A stretch of 63,830 bases of DNA, the filler included, from Reclinomonas americana ATCC 50394 (lineage: Eukaryota): assembly GCA_048213135.1 (NCBI GenBank). It is 6 parts of 5 records of this genome, joined end to end, with 100 filler letters (N's around TTAATTAATTAA, not from the genome) between each part and the next. Parts side by side here need not be neighbours in the genome. Positions count along the whole stretch, not along the records: positions 1 to 25,177 come from PS015443.1; positions 25,278 to 44,873 come from PS015444.1; 4 more parts are not named here. The stretch is one strand, 5' to 3'. Of this stretch, positions 12,201 to 25,306 are shown piece after piece. Each line of letters opens with the position of its first letter. Within the stretch, counting starts at the first letter, position 1. The translations under genes were made by a program, and so were the position numbers. Below the pieces are notes generated by a model, which worked only from the letters and a program-made list of their open reading frames with translations, was not told where the DNA came from and did not search any database.

Positions 12201-14685
12201 AGCACCGCCGCACCACCAGTTACGAATTCCGCTGATGCAGTTCCTGTTGGGTGCACGCCTCACCTGGGGAATGTGCACAGACTGGTGGCCACGTGCAGCG
12301 TGGACGTATCGGAGGTGAAGCTCTGGGATGCCGACACTGGCCTACCGTTGTCACTTGTGGGCGGGCATTCGGTTGGTGGCGTGTATGCCGTGTGTGCTAC
12401 TCGCGACGGCTCCACGCTGGCTAGCGCCGGCGGCGACGGGACTGTGCGACTGTGGAAAATGACGTACGTCACCTCACTCAACAAGGTCAGGCAGGTGGAG
12501 GTCGCGAGGTTTGTTGCGCCTTTCATATTCCGCCCGCAGCCGATGTGCACGCTCCCTGCTGACTTTCGGTCACGCGTAGACCGGAGGTTGAAGCAACTGT
12601 GGTGTTTCAACGGCATGTGGGACCAGTGTTGTGTGTGGCGTTTGCCGAGGACCGCGACCCGAGCGAGAGCACGCAGTACCAGGTGGTACAAGAGGAGCAA
12701 CCGCCGGCGTGGCCTCCAGCCGAGACGGTGGTGCTGTCGGGTGGCGAAGACTGGACCGTCAATGTGTGGTTCTCACAAGAGGATGTGGTGGCGTGCACTG
12801 GCCACGAGGGTACGTTGCCATGACGATATGTTTTATCCAGTGAGTAAGTGTCGCTAACTGCTGGCGACGCAGGCTCTGTCACATGCGTGGCCGCGTCGCC
12901 GTACGAGTGTGGTCTCGGCTGTTTTGTCTCTGGTTCAGCCGACTGCACCGTTCGCGTATGGGAGCTGTCGTCGTGCGAATGCGTCCACGTTTTGCGCGGA
13001 CACACGCAAGGAGTTGCGTCGACTTGCTGCTTCGTGATCTCGACACGCTGCCACTGACTTTCTTGCAATAGGTCACTGCTGTTGCCTTCTCCGGAGACTC
13101 GATTGCCTCCAGTGCGCAAGACTTGGCCATTCGGCTGTGGTGCGTCGCACGCACGCTTTTTTCGCCATCGCTCAAGCACACTCACTCGTGCACGTCGCAG
13201 GGATCCGATATCCGGGGAATCGCTGCGCATTTTGCGTGGTCACACGTACATTGTCTCGCAGCTGCGATACATTCCCGATCCTGACGGCCGCAGCTTGCCG
13301 ATACTCATGTCGAGTTCGCTGGACGGCACCATCCGACGATGGGCCACCATGCCGCAGCCGTCGGCCTACCGTTCCATGGCCTTCAAGGACATTACCGGCA
13401 TGGTTGTCTCTGGCGACGGTCGCTCCGTGTATGTCATCGATGCAGGGCATTTGTTGCGACTGGATGCGGTCACGGGTTGCCTGCAGGAGGCTTCACCGTT
13501 CCGACTGCGCAAGGTCTGGCTTTCGTTATCGTCGTCGTCGCCACTGGTGAGTGGCCGGCAACTCACCCATGCGTTTGTTTGCAGATTACATGCGCAGCGA
13601 CTTCTGCCAGTGCATTGGTCACCTGTTCGCGCGCTGGCGTGCAAATGTGGATGCCGTCGTCACCAGAGCCGGAAACACTGGATGAGATTGTGGAGGTGTG
13701 ACTTCGTTGGCCCTCCCCTGTTTATGTACTCTTCCTCACCCGCTGGTGGTCGCCGCAGGCCGTGACATCGCGCGTGGCTGTCTCGCGCAACAATGTGTGC
13801 TTGTACATTACTGGAGTGGAGCGCCTGGCGCACCTGTGGAAGCCAGATAGCGACGGATTCATGGATCTGGATCCGGTGCTGTCCACACGTCTGGACGAGC
13901 AGTCGAAGATTGTGTGCATTGCGCTCTCCGACGACGGCCGGCGAGCCCTCACCGGCAACGAGGTCGGTGGTGTTGTGCTGTGGGACGCCGAATCCGGCAA
14001 GAGAATGCACTCGCTGCCGGGCCACACGCAAGCCATTACGTGGTGCGTCGCCGACGGAAAGTCCATGGCGGTAACAGCGACTGTTTCCCTCACTATCGCG
14101 CTCCATCCATGCAGTCTGGCTATCTCAGCCACCGGCGAGTGGGGACTCACGGCGTGCGCGAATCGCGTGAGCAAGCTGTGGAACCTGCCGGGCCAGTACT
14201 CGGTCGACTTGCCGCACCAGGCCATGGCACTGTGCTGTCAGTTCTCGGACGCAGCCTTTTCGACGCCGGTATGTCATTGCTGTGTTGTCTGCGCAACTGG
14301 GGTTTTCCCTCCTTTTCAAACTGCACGCGAAACGCAGGATGGAGGCGCTCTGCGACTAGTCATTGGCAACTCGCGCGGCCACGCGCTGGTGTGGGAGATC
14401 ACCGCCGACGCGGTCAATCTGCTGGTGGACATTGACTGCTTTGTGAGTCCGGGCGTTGAGTTCCCGGCCCGCCAGGTGGCCTTCTGCGCCCCCAACTGCG
14501 TCATTGTGGCTCACATGGGTGTCGTCCGCGCGTGGTACTTTGCCGGTGGCGAACCATCGTTGCTGTGGCGGTGTGGTCCATCGTCGGACTTGGAGGCGCA
14601 CGACGCGCAATTGCGTGGCGTGACCAAGATCGACGTCGCCACGCGGCTGCTGCTGACCGAGCGCAGGGCGATATCGATGAGCTGA
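9237..14685 (+). CDS. NLR-like STAND protein: NACHT-type NTPase + pentapeptide repeats + WD40 repeats
   Basis: Walker A VILVCGAPGSGKSSL, Walker B IVLVLDDWE, winged-helix motif YRWLHPTLLEYFAA, AAANAIT followed by pentapeptides (DLRGVRICGADLS, GAILDGADLDQVSL), many WD40 units (LASAGGDGTVRLW, VSGSADCTVRVWE, SSSLDGTIRRW). Confidence 0.85.
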
Positions 14686-14735
14686 GTGGCTGGTTTATTT
14701 CTATGCCTCGCTGGTCGGCAGGCGACAGCCCGTCA

Positions 14736-16366
14736 CTACTGCTGCTTCCTGCGTGACGGCACCCGTCTGAACGAGTCGACGAGCCAGCGCACTAGGCACA
14801 CGAGCACCAGCACGTGCGCAGCGATGGTGATCATGGCCAGTGCGCGGAACGCAGCGACGCGTTCCCCTGATTCCACCACTGCGTGAGGGGGGAGCAAGTG
14901 AGGAGAACGGAAGTGAATGAACCTCACTTCCCGCGTCCTTAACACATGCACACGCACCCGTGTACCACGTTCGCCACAGCAGCAGCGCGATCGCACTCAC
15001 GAATGCGCAGCCGTACTCCAGTGCCTTGGCAATCGATTGGTTCCACCAGCGGAAATTGTCGGCTGTGCGCACCGCAGCGTGGGTCAGCGGCGGTGCAGGG
15101 AGAGACGCACGTAACTGCTACGCAACGGCATTGCTCGGCGCTGTAGCTCGCTCCAATGTCTTCCTCGAACAGGAGCAGCGGTGGACTCGATACGAGACGC
15201 ACTCCGACGAGAAGGAGCACCACGTACGCCGCACTCCACCACCGCCAGTCGACAAAGACATCAAAGGCCACACGAACGACTGTGTGCTCCCACATGGCAC
15301 TCGGCTGCACTCCACTTCCATGAGTACCTCACCAACACGGCAACACACACACACACACACACACACACACCCACAACCGATGCACAAACCATGTCGCCAA
15401 TGGCAATCAGCGCCGCGTAGTACCACACGGCAATGGGCGCCAACCAACGGTAGCACAGCAGCAGCAGGCGACGCAGCCCGAAAGACCAATCGCTCAGTTC
15501 GATCGGCTGGCGAACCAGACGCTGCGCATGCACACAGAGAGAGAGAGAGAGAGGCGATGAGTGCAAGATGCACCCACGTCAAACACACACCACAAGACCG
15601 ACGCACCACCCACACGGGCAGCGACAGTGCAGCCAGCAGACTTGCACGCGCAAAGTACACAAACAGAGTCGGCACTGCACTGAGTAGCCGCGAGAAAGCG
15701 TCCATGATCCCACCAGAGGCCATCGCCACGAGTCGGGCCTCGGTCGACGACGCAGGCGATGCCGACGACGGCTTTGACGGCATGGCCTGCACGTCGAACT
15801 CGTCGGGATCAAGAGCTCCACTCGACAGCGATGCAGCTCCTGCTTCCGCGCACCACTCAGTGCACAACCCTACGATGCACATACGATCTTTCTTACGTTC
15901 GTACACACCAGCAGGAGAAGGTGATCGCATGACATGGAATCCATCCTGCTGCGCCAGCGGCACACCCAGCGAATCCAACATCCACGCCGATGGACTCATC
16001 CCACGCGTCGACTGGCCCTCCACGCGCCCATAAAAGACCACCACAATCAGCGTGAGGAAGAGGAAGCGTCGAATATACATCGCGCCCTGGAACAGCAGCA
16101 CTTGCTTCCACTTGAGACGTGCCCACCAGTTATGCGCACGTTGCGGCTATCACACATATGTGTGTGTGAGAGAGAAGCACAGAGCGCGAGTGAGAGCGCG
16201 AGTGAGAGAGACAAGTCGCAACTGGCTTTTTTGGCGCCTTCTCGTCGGCCACAGTGACGATGTCCCAGAATTCTTCATCAGTCAGTGGCAGCAGAGGCGG
16301 GTTGCTGGATGGATGCCCCACAATGCCACTGGCCACACCCAGTGCAGTCGCCACCACGTCGGCCAT
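14736..16366 (-). CDS. Uncharacterised multi-pass membrane protein (multi-exon, boundaries approximate)
   Basis: Exons with hydrophobic helices FLFLTLIVVVFY, WLAPIAVWYYAALIAI, WWSAAYVVLLLVGV, LAMITIAAHVLVLVCLV separated by GT-AG introns. Confidence 0.5.
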
Positions 16367-16502
16367 TTTTGCACTAACGTCGCAGGACGTTGGAAAACGA
16401 ACTGCCTGCCTTCCTTCGTTGTGTGCGCCGTGAGTGGACCACAACGCGCGTGTGTGTGTTTCTTGAGTGTGTGTGAGTGTGAGTGTCTTTCTGAGGAGAG
16501 AG

Positions 16503-19500
16503 ATGAGCGACACAATCAAGATCTATGGACGTGTGCGACCGGTGAAACGGCCGAGTGAGAGCTATCACATCGAGCACGATGAGTTGGCCGGCAAGGACTT
16601 TGTCGGTGAGCAACACCCTCTTGCTACTCACTCACTCTCTCTCTCTCTCTCTATTACACTCACTCCCTTGTGCTCTCTCACACACGCAGAGTTCTCGATC
16701 GCACGCGACGCACAAGCCGGCTACGTCAACAACTCACGAGAGAACTACAAGTTTGAGTTCAACCGCGTGTTCGACCGCGACACCCTCCAAGACGAGGTGT
16801 TTGATGTGGTGGCGCGCCCGAGTGTGGTCAGTGCACTGGATGGGTACAACTCGACTATTTTCGCGTACGGACAGACTGGCAGCGGTAAGACGTACACCAT
16901 GACGGGCAGCACCAAGCGCTACGAGGATCGTGGTATCATTCCGCGAGTGATCTCCATGATCTTTGGTGAGCTGCAGAAGGTTTGTATGCGCAAGTCCGTG
17001 TGTGTCTCTCTTGCGGAAGGGTGGCCACGATGAGACTGAGGAGTGCGGTGCGCAGCGATCGGACTATGTCTACACAATTCACATCTCGTATCTGGAGATC
17101 TACAACGAGTGCGGCTACGATCTGCTACATGGCGATGATATCACGGAGATGGACGATTTGCCGTTGCGTCTATCGTGTGATCAGCTGTGCTATGGCTGAC
17201 TCTCAATCATCGCGACCACCATCTCAGCAAGGTGCAACCGCGTGAGGATGCCGACGGCAACATGCATCTGCACAACCTGAGTGCTCGACTCGCCACTCGC
17301 GAGGAGGACGCGCTCAATCTGCTGTTCCTGGGCGATCTCAATCGTGCCGTGAGGTGTGCGATCGCACGCTTGCGTACCCTCCCTCCGGCGATTCTCCACG
17401 CTCACAAGTCGTGTTTGTACGCTCACAGCGAGACACCGATGAACGAAGCCTCGTCGCGTTCGCACTGCATCTTTACGGTGATGATCGAGGCGCGTGCGGA
17501 GGGTTCGGCCATGGTGCGTCGCTCCAAGTTGCACCTGGTCGATCTGGCCGGTTCCGAGCGCGTGTACAAGACTGGTGTCAACGGAACCACGCTGCGCGAG
17601 GCCAAGGCCATCAATCTGTCGCTCCACTTTCTCCAGCAAGTGATTGTGGCACTGACAGAAGGGTGCGCGATGGAGGAGAGGAGTAGTCAAGACTCGCCGT
17701 CGTCGTTGATCATCTCACTCCTCCATTGTTTTTCCTGCCACAGCCAGTCACACATTCCGTACCGCAACAGTCTCATGACGAGTTTGCTGCGTGACAGTCT
17801 CGGCGGCAACTGCCGCACGGCCATGATTGCCACGATGAACCCATCGGACGAGCACTTTAACGTGAGCAGAAGCGCGCTCTTTGGCGTGTGTCGTGTGGTG
17901 TTCATGTCGACTGCCGTATACAGGAAAGCATCTCGACATGTCAGTTCGCCGCACGTGTGGCGTGCATTCGACAGGCAGCTCTCGTCAACGAGGAGCTTGA
18001 TCCCACTGTGGTCATCCGGCGCCTCAAGCGCGAGATTCAGGAACTGAAGGAGGAGCTCGTCTTTTATCGAGGTGAAGGCTCCTCCGAGCCGCTAACAGAG
18101 TCGGAGATGCGCAGGTGTGTCAGCGTGCTGTCTATTGAGGCGACGTAGTTGTGGCTCACTGGCGAATCGCAGAGCACGAGAGACAGTGGAATCGTACGTA
18201 ACAGACCCGTCGCCAGACTCCTCCCTTCCCATGGGTAATCCGGAGAAGATCAAGGCCTTTTATGGCATCATGAAGGTTGGTTGACGCATGTGATGAGTGA
18301 GTGAGTATGGACACAAGAGAGCCCATCCATTTGTGCACAGGAATTGATTCTGGAGGCCCGAAAGAATGTGTCGTCAGCACCGCGTGCGGCCCCAGTCGCC
18401 GCGGCCAAGATGGTCGACTCGACTCCGCCACCGTCAGCGGCTGTTTCGTGCACCGCACGTGTGCTGTGCGAATTCAAGTGTCATGTCCCCCTCACTGTTG
18501 TTCTTGTGCGCCGCAGCCCAAGGCAGCAGCGTCTGCGTCAGCACCGCCGGCAGCCGTCTCGGCCGCAGCTGAGGAACAGATCAATGGCCTCATGCTACAG
18601 ATTGAGGAACGCGACTATGAAATCAGTGAGTGCTGGCGCTTGCGCTTGCGGAGGTGGCTGTGCAGCAAGATACTGACTTGCTTCAACCCCGCAGACATGT
18701 TGTTGTCGTTCCTTAAGAAGCAGAAAAAATCCGGGTCCATGGTGTCGGCTGGCACACAAACGGGCCCCGAGTCGTCGTCGAGTGCCGGCGAAGTGCTGCG
18801 TGAGCGATTCTCGGACCCCACTGGCGTGCCCGACATTACCGACCGCGACACACTGCGGCAGGCGGTGCTGGCAGGTGCACCACCGCGATCACATCATGCG
18901 CGAGCCGCTCCACCGGCGGCCGTGCAGCAAATGGCCGACACAGGTTGGTGTGCATTGCACGCATCCGAGTCTTTAAGAGTGCTCACGCCAGTCGCTGCTG
19001 TGCAGACTTGCTGAGCGATCGCAACAAGGCATTCGAGGTGTTCCGCAAGAGCTACAGGAAGAACGAGGTGTTTGAGGAGCAAAAGGCCTCACTCAAGAAC
19101 AAGTACGACGAGGCCAAGGTGACACACGATGCGGTGAACCTTGCGCGCAAGAATATGGGTGAGTGTGTGTCTTTGATATGCAAGGAGTTGGTTTGACTGT
19201 GACACTCACCGGTGGACGGACACACAGATGCATTGAAGGCCCGCATCGAAGCGCTGCGTGCCGAAAAGGCATTACAGGGCCTGCTGGACAAGTCGGGATC
19301 TGTGAGCGAGACTCGCGATCCAGAAGAACTGCAGTGTTTGCGACAGATTTCAGAGGAGAAGAGAATGTTGCGTGCACGTCTTTCGATGTCTGTCAGTCTC
19401 GAGTTGAGTGGATGCTCACGGCGTCGTGCGTGCATGCAGATACAAGGAGAACTTTGAGCGGCTGCGCATGCTGAAGCAGGAGATTCAGAACATTCACGTG

Positions 19501-20209
19501 CTGCTCGAACGAAGGTGTGTGCGCGTTCCTCGCGTAGGCTCTCTTGTCTCCGACTCGCTCATTTACCACGCAACATAGTCGGGAAACGCTGCAGCGCGAC
19601 TTTGAGCACTGGCTCTCCATCACCATGCAGCAGGGCTCCGTGGGGGCTGCCTCTTCGGTGGGCGCTAGTGGCAGCAGTGCGGCGCCTGCGCCGGTGAGTC
19701 TTGCCAGCAGAATGAGAATGTGGGGAGATGTTTCGTTTACACTCGGGATCGCAGGCGCGACCGGCGTGGAGCGACGGTGCTTCGATGCAGACCGTCGACT
19801 CGTCGTTCTCCTTTGGTACGAGCTCCACCATACCGCAGTCCATGTCGTCGGCACTACATCAGGTGTGTGCGGTTTCTCTCCTTCTTCTTCTGCTAGGTGC
19901 TCACCAACTGTGATCAGAGTTCCGTGAACGCGGGAGTCGATCGTCGAGGCAGTGGCAGTGGCAGCGTCGGAAGCAGCAGCGCCAGCGGAATGCCCCCACC
20001 TGCAGCACCCGCTCGACCCATGCCTGGTGGCACTCCGCCACTGACTGGCGACGCCGAGGCCGACGCAGGCAAGTAACCTCCCCAATTGACTTCAACCTTT
20101 ATATCGTTTCCTCATTCGCCTGTCGCTGTGTCACGCAGAGATTATGCGCTTCTACGAGGCCAGTTCCACAGTCCGACGTGCCTCCAGCTCACAGAGTCTG
20201 CGAAGGTAA
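16503..20209 (+). CDS. KIF6: Kinesin-9 family motor, KIF6-like
   Basis: IFAYGQTGSGKTYTM P-loop, SYLEIYNE, MNEASSRSHCIF, LVDLAGSER, HIPYRNS; coiled-coil tail and C-terminal PLTGDAEADAEIMRFY motif. Confidence 0.9.
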
Positions 20210-20299
20210 CGAACGTGAGACGGAAAAATGAAACGCAAAAGTCCTGTGTCAAGAAGCTCATTCGTTCCGTCGGTCTTCCGTCGTCGTCAGTCAGTGAGC

Positions 20300-20655
20300 A
20301 TGGTGTGTTGTGCATGCTCTCTCTCTCTCTCTCTCTCTCGCAATCTCTGTCTCTCTCTGCTTCCCTTCCTCACACATGCGAGCACACAGAAATTCCGGAT
20401 CTGTGGCAACCTCGACGCACCCGACTGGCTGCTGGCCGAGCTGGCCTACCTCGCCAAGATTGTTTCGCACACACAAGCACACAAACCACCAAGAAGCACA
20501 CAATGAGAGAGAGAGATGTGTGACACGCACTCGCATTCAATCATTCACTCACTCTTCCACACTCTCACACTCACACAGACATCAGTGCGTTTCAAGCTGG
20601 TGGCCACTCAAGTCGTCTCACAACTCGTCGGCAGTGGCATTGATGTTGCGTCCAT

Positions 20656-20717
<62 letters not shown>

Positions 20718-21491
20718 CCCCATTCTCCTCTCTCATGCATGCATGCATTCACACTGTCCAGCATGAGAAAGTGGCCAAGTTGACAGCCGAGGCCATTCCT
20801 GACTCGTCAGATCTGCGCGGAGCTCTCGCCGCACTCACATTCCTCGTGCGCAACGCTGCGCGCTACTCCATCGACGAGGACACACTGATCAATGAGCTGC
20901 AGCAGCTCGGTCTTCCCAAGGGTGTGTTCGTTTGTTTGTTTGCCTCTCGCTTGTGGTGTGCTGCTCACGAGTGCGTAGAGCATGCGGATGCGCTCAAGCG
21001 GCCGTACCGAGACAACCTGGATGCGTTGCGCGCCAAGTTCAGCGAGCAGAGCATCAGATGTTGCGTCTTTCCGAGCCTTTTTCCTCCTTGCTTGTCTGCT
21101 GATCAATGCCTTTCTCTGTGCGTGCAGTGCCTACTGTGTCGTCGCTGGAGTGGAAGGTCAACTTTGTGGTGTCGAGCAGCAAGAGCGGGGTGCGTCCGTG
21201 TGTGCTTCCTTGTGTGTCGAACGGGCGGCTGCTGACTGTCAGATACAGAGCGCGCATGAACCGTACGTGGAGCTGCTGATGGGCGTGCGCTCGGAGGAGG
21301 CGCAGACGCGCAACAAGCGACCGGAGATGGTGCACTTTTCGGCCACACGCGACAAGTTCGACGTGCTGCTCACTGGTGAGACACTCACGCCAAATGAGCT
21401 TGCTGGAAAAGAACGACTCACCCGATTGATTGCTGCAGAACTGAGCGATGCGTATCGTTTGCTGGAGTCTCTGGAGCGCGAGCTGCGATAA
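20300..21491 (+). CDS. COMMD4: COMM domain-containing protein 4
   Basis: M|KFRICGNLDAPDWLLAELAYLAKI|TSVRFKL, ELQQLGLPKEHAD, SLEWKVNFVVSSS, KFDVLLTEL. Confidence 0.92.
20660..20714. repeat. (CA)n microsatellite in a COMMD4 intron
   Basis: Perfect CA run; shorter CA/CT/GA runs occur in many other introns. Confidence 0.97.
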
Positions 21492-21638
21492 CTGCTACGT
21501 CCTTGTGCCGCACGCTGGTTTTGGTGGAGGTGGCATGGTGGACTTCTCAGTGAATTGATATTCCGGTGCAACGAAGGGAAATCATCGCGTCCTCTCTCGC
21601 TTGTTGAGCAGAGAGAGAGGGAGAGACAAAAGCTGACC

Positions 21639-22977
21639 ATGGTCGTCTCTCGTCTCGGTGTGGCATTCACTCTCCTCCGCCTCCTCCACCTATGTGTGTG
21701 AGACGCATATTCTCTCTCCTGATTCACACACAATCGCACACACAGTCCTCGCCTTTCTGCGCAAGTACCTCGTCATCTTCATCCGCGGCTTCCACCGCCG
21801 CCAGTTCAAGTTCTCGCTGCTCAAAGGCCAAAGCACCCTGCGCAATGTTGGTGTGTGTGAGAGAGTGGAGAGTGCATTCTGTATTCTCGACCTGGAGTGC
21901 TGATAATGATGTTCGCAGAACTCAACTGTGTGGTGCTCACTGACCTGCTTCGGCGAGCGGGCATTGGTCAGCTGGATGTTCGCCGTGCCTTTGTCAGCCA
22001 GTGCCTCATCGATGTTGAGTGTGTTCTGCATGCAGCAGTTGGTCATTCTCTTTCTTCACTCGCACTCTCTCTCCTCCTGTGCATGATCATGGCAGATCTC
22101 CATCACCAAGTTGAAGAAGAAGCCAGTGGAGATTCACCTGGAGCGAGTGGTGGTGGAGATTGAGGAGCGCGACGACTGGGAACCGTATCAGCATATTCTC
22201 GAAACACTCCTCAAACAGTATGTCGTTGAATCAGCTGCTCCCGCCCTCTTCCTCCGCTGCTGTTTCCTCACTGGAGTATGCTTTCTGCTGTCATTGTTGA
22301 TGTTGTGAACTCAAGAACGAGAGAGCCGGAGGAGGAGCAAAAGGAGTACACGTTGTCGGATCGACTGGCCGATGGTGCCACGATCACGGTGCAGCATCTG
22401 ACGGTGTTACTCCGCTTCGGCTCGGCCAAGAGTGTGCTGCGACCGCTGCCGTTGCGCATCGATGTGCGCGGTGTGCGTGTCACCACTGTGAACTCGTTGT
22501 GGGAGGTGCGTGTGCGGATGTACAGCTCGGGCGAAGTTGTGAAGAGATGCTCATGATTCTCGGCGGTAGGCGGCTCCTCTCAGCGACTGCATTCCGGCGG
22601 CGGCCGGCAAGAATTCCTTGTACATGTTCCGGTCGGTGGAGATCGAGAGTCTGTCGGTGGCGCTGGTTCAAGGCAATGGCGAACAGCTGTCGCTGATTCG
22701 CGACATGCCACTCAGCATCCGAGTGCGTTCTGTCGTCGAGCATGACCGAGACTCGCGCAGTTGCTGATTTTCTTCGTGCAGTTGGCGGTCAAGAAGCGAC
22801 TGAATCCGCTCATGGAGTTGTCGACGCACACCGAGATCCACATTCCGGCGTTGTCGATTGTGGCAGACAGCCAGTCGTTGGTCGAATGGGTCAGCGCGCT
22901 GCAGCATGCCGACAAGTGCATGGACCGATTGCCGCCCACTGGCCTGAGAGAACGCTTCGCCTCCATGTTGCGTGACA

Positions 22978-23018
<41 letters not shown>

Positions 23019-25177
23019 TACACTGTTTGCGAATGGTGATGCGGGCACCTTAACATTCGACCTGTACGCCAGTGGAGAAATGGACCCGGATCTGCAGGAG
23101 GTCCTGGGTGTGCTGCGATCGAGCGACCAGATGGTGGTGCGTACGTGCAATCTTGTTCACCTCTGTTTTGACTGCGGAGGATGATGGTCGATTTCATGGC
23201 GGTGCGTGACACAGGCCGACACCGAGGCGGACTTGGCCACCATCGACGAGGACACGTCGTCTTCCGAGGAGTACACGTACTCGGCGGCTGTGCCTGGCGG
23301 ATCCACACCCAGCACAATACAGGTGTGCAGTCAATCTCTCGCACGCGCACATCAAAGCATGCAAGCTCTCGTGGTCTGACTTGTCGCTCGTGTCATTGCA
23401 GTCGCCGCTGCTGGAGCTCAACTTTCGCCCCCTCCAAGTCATGAATGTTCTCATCGACAAACTCGACGTGTGCATCATGCCCATCAGTGGTTCCCCGAGC
23501 CGTATTCGAGTCAGCGCCGCACACATTCGGGTACTGTCGCCGTGCTACGTCCCCAGTCAAAAGCATTGGTAAGCTCACCCGCTGCCGCCCACTTGTGCAG
23601 ATTACCAAGTTTCGCTTTCCTTCGCGACCACCAGAGGAGACCACCACGCAGATCCAGTTGCCGGTGCTGGGCATCTACGATGAGGCCGACGAGTCGAGCC
23701 CGTCGCTGTGCATACTTGCGTGTCTGCCACCCTCGCGTCAGCGTTTCGTTGCTCGTCGCACGTCCCTTTGAGAGGAGTGTGTGCTGACGACTCCGTGGTG
23801 CAGGTGCTGCTGCGCGCGATGCACCACCCGCGCAGCCGTTTCCGGTACTCGAACACCGACCGCTCCCTTCGTGGATCGCCGCACGACCTTTCACCGGTGC
23901 GTTCTCTCTTGTCGGCACGCTTTCTTCCATTATCACGAAGCTGATGGTGCGGCGTTGCGTGTAGATCTGCATGACCAGGGCCTGGTGATTCGTATGGTCA
24001 AATCGTACCCGCCGCCGGCCAAACCCGCCATCCCAAAACACATGGAACTCCGTGTGTACCCGTGCGAGGTTGGGAGTGGCGATCGTAAGTATTATCGCCG
24101 AAGCTGACTCACGCCGGTGTGTGTGCCTGCAGATTACTCTATCCCTTCCGTTCCTCTCCAGAGTCATGGTGCTCGTCAAGCAGATTGCGGAGATGCAGGA
24201 GCGCTCGCCGTTGCCCGAGTACGAGTTTGAGCGTGATTTCAACCGCAATCGGTCCATGCACATTGAGTTGGACAGCATGAGCTTCCGATTGCCTGCCGAC
24301 GGTGTGTACGATGGCTCTCCAGTGGTGCAACTTGTCGCGGAGAAAGGTTGCGTGCCCACACACGCTCCCGACTCCGTCGCACCACTCTTATCGTGCGGTC
24401 CGTCGTTGCAGTGTCTGTGCGCATGCCGAGTGCAGAGTTTGACGTGTTGCCCATCCACGACCCCATCTTTGGCTTGGATGTGGCGGAAATGCGCGACCTT
24501 CGGCACACGATGCAAGCGATTGGTGCCAATCTGTGGAGCATGTTTGACACGAGATACCAGGTGTGTGGATGTGAGTGAGAACGGACGGTTGTGAACGCTG
24601 TGTGACGCTCCCGCCTGCTGCAGGTGACTTGTAACAACCTGTATGTGCGGATGAAGGACGAGCATGCGCAAATGTCGCATTTGGTGGAGCCATTCAGGTT
24701 GCGACTGCATGCTGCCCTTGTTTCAGATCCGTTGGTACGTGTGGTGCGCGCGTGCAGCTTCATTCCTAACGAGTCGTGCAGTCTCATGCGACGCGCCCAG
24801 ATTCCGCTGTTGTACCGAACCATTGCATCGTTTGAAGCCACACGTATCGTGGCGGGAGTATCCGAGTGGCAGTTGCGCCCACTTCCGTCTCTCTCTCTCA
24901 CTCTGCGGCGGCAGAATGCTCATTGCTTGTGTGTGTGGGGGAGCGCAGGTTGGGTCACTTGAAGCGCATATCACATGCATTCTCCACCGATCTCCAGCCC
25001 AAGGATGCGAGTGGTGTTGGTGTTGAGGTCCCTGCTGCACCTGTCGATGGTGTGTCTCGGAGAGTCGTCCCTTACTGCAATGCATACATGCTCATTCACT
25101 CGGCGTTGCTCGACAGAGGCAGCCAAAGCGCTCGAGACACTGCAGGAGGGAGCCATGGCTCTCTACACATTCTTGTT
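21639..25177 (+). CDS. Chorein-N bridge-like lipid transfer protein, BLTP3/UHRF1BP1-like (3' truncated at gap)
   Basis: N-terminus LRKYLVIFIRGFHRRQFKFSLLKGQSTLRNVELN...ISITKLKKKPVEIHLERVVVEI matches the Chorein-N pattern; long beta-rich multi-exon continuation. Confidence 0.72.
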
Positions 25178-25221
25178 NNNNNNNNNNNNNNNNNNNNNNN
25201 NNNNNNNNNNNNNNNNNNNNN

Positions 25222-25233
25222 TTAATTAATTAA
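25222..25233. other. Artificial assembly spacer TTAATTAATTAA (also 44918-44929, 55758-55769, 59825-59836, 61826-61837)
   Basis: Identical palindromic six-frame-stop 12-mer flanked by uniform N runs five times; one copy interrupts CCT4. Confidence 0.95.
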
Positions 25234-25306
25234 NNNNNNNNNNNNNNNNNNNNNNNNNNNNNNNNNNNNNNNNNNNNCCTCTCTTTATCACACCCCACCC
25301 CCACTC

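Noticed and set aside
25222..25233. Recurrent palindrome TTAATTAATTAA as a biological element (e.g. a transposon target site)
   Set aside because: Always embedded in uniform N runs and stops all six frames; one copy lies inside CCT4, so it is an assembly linker
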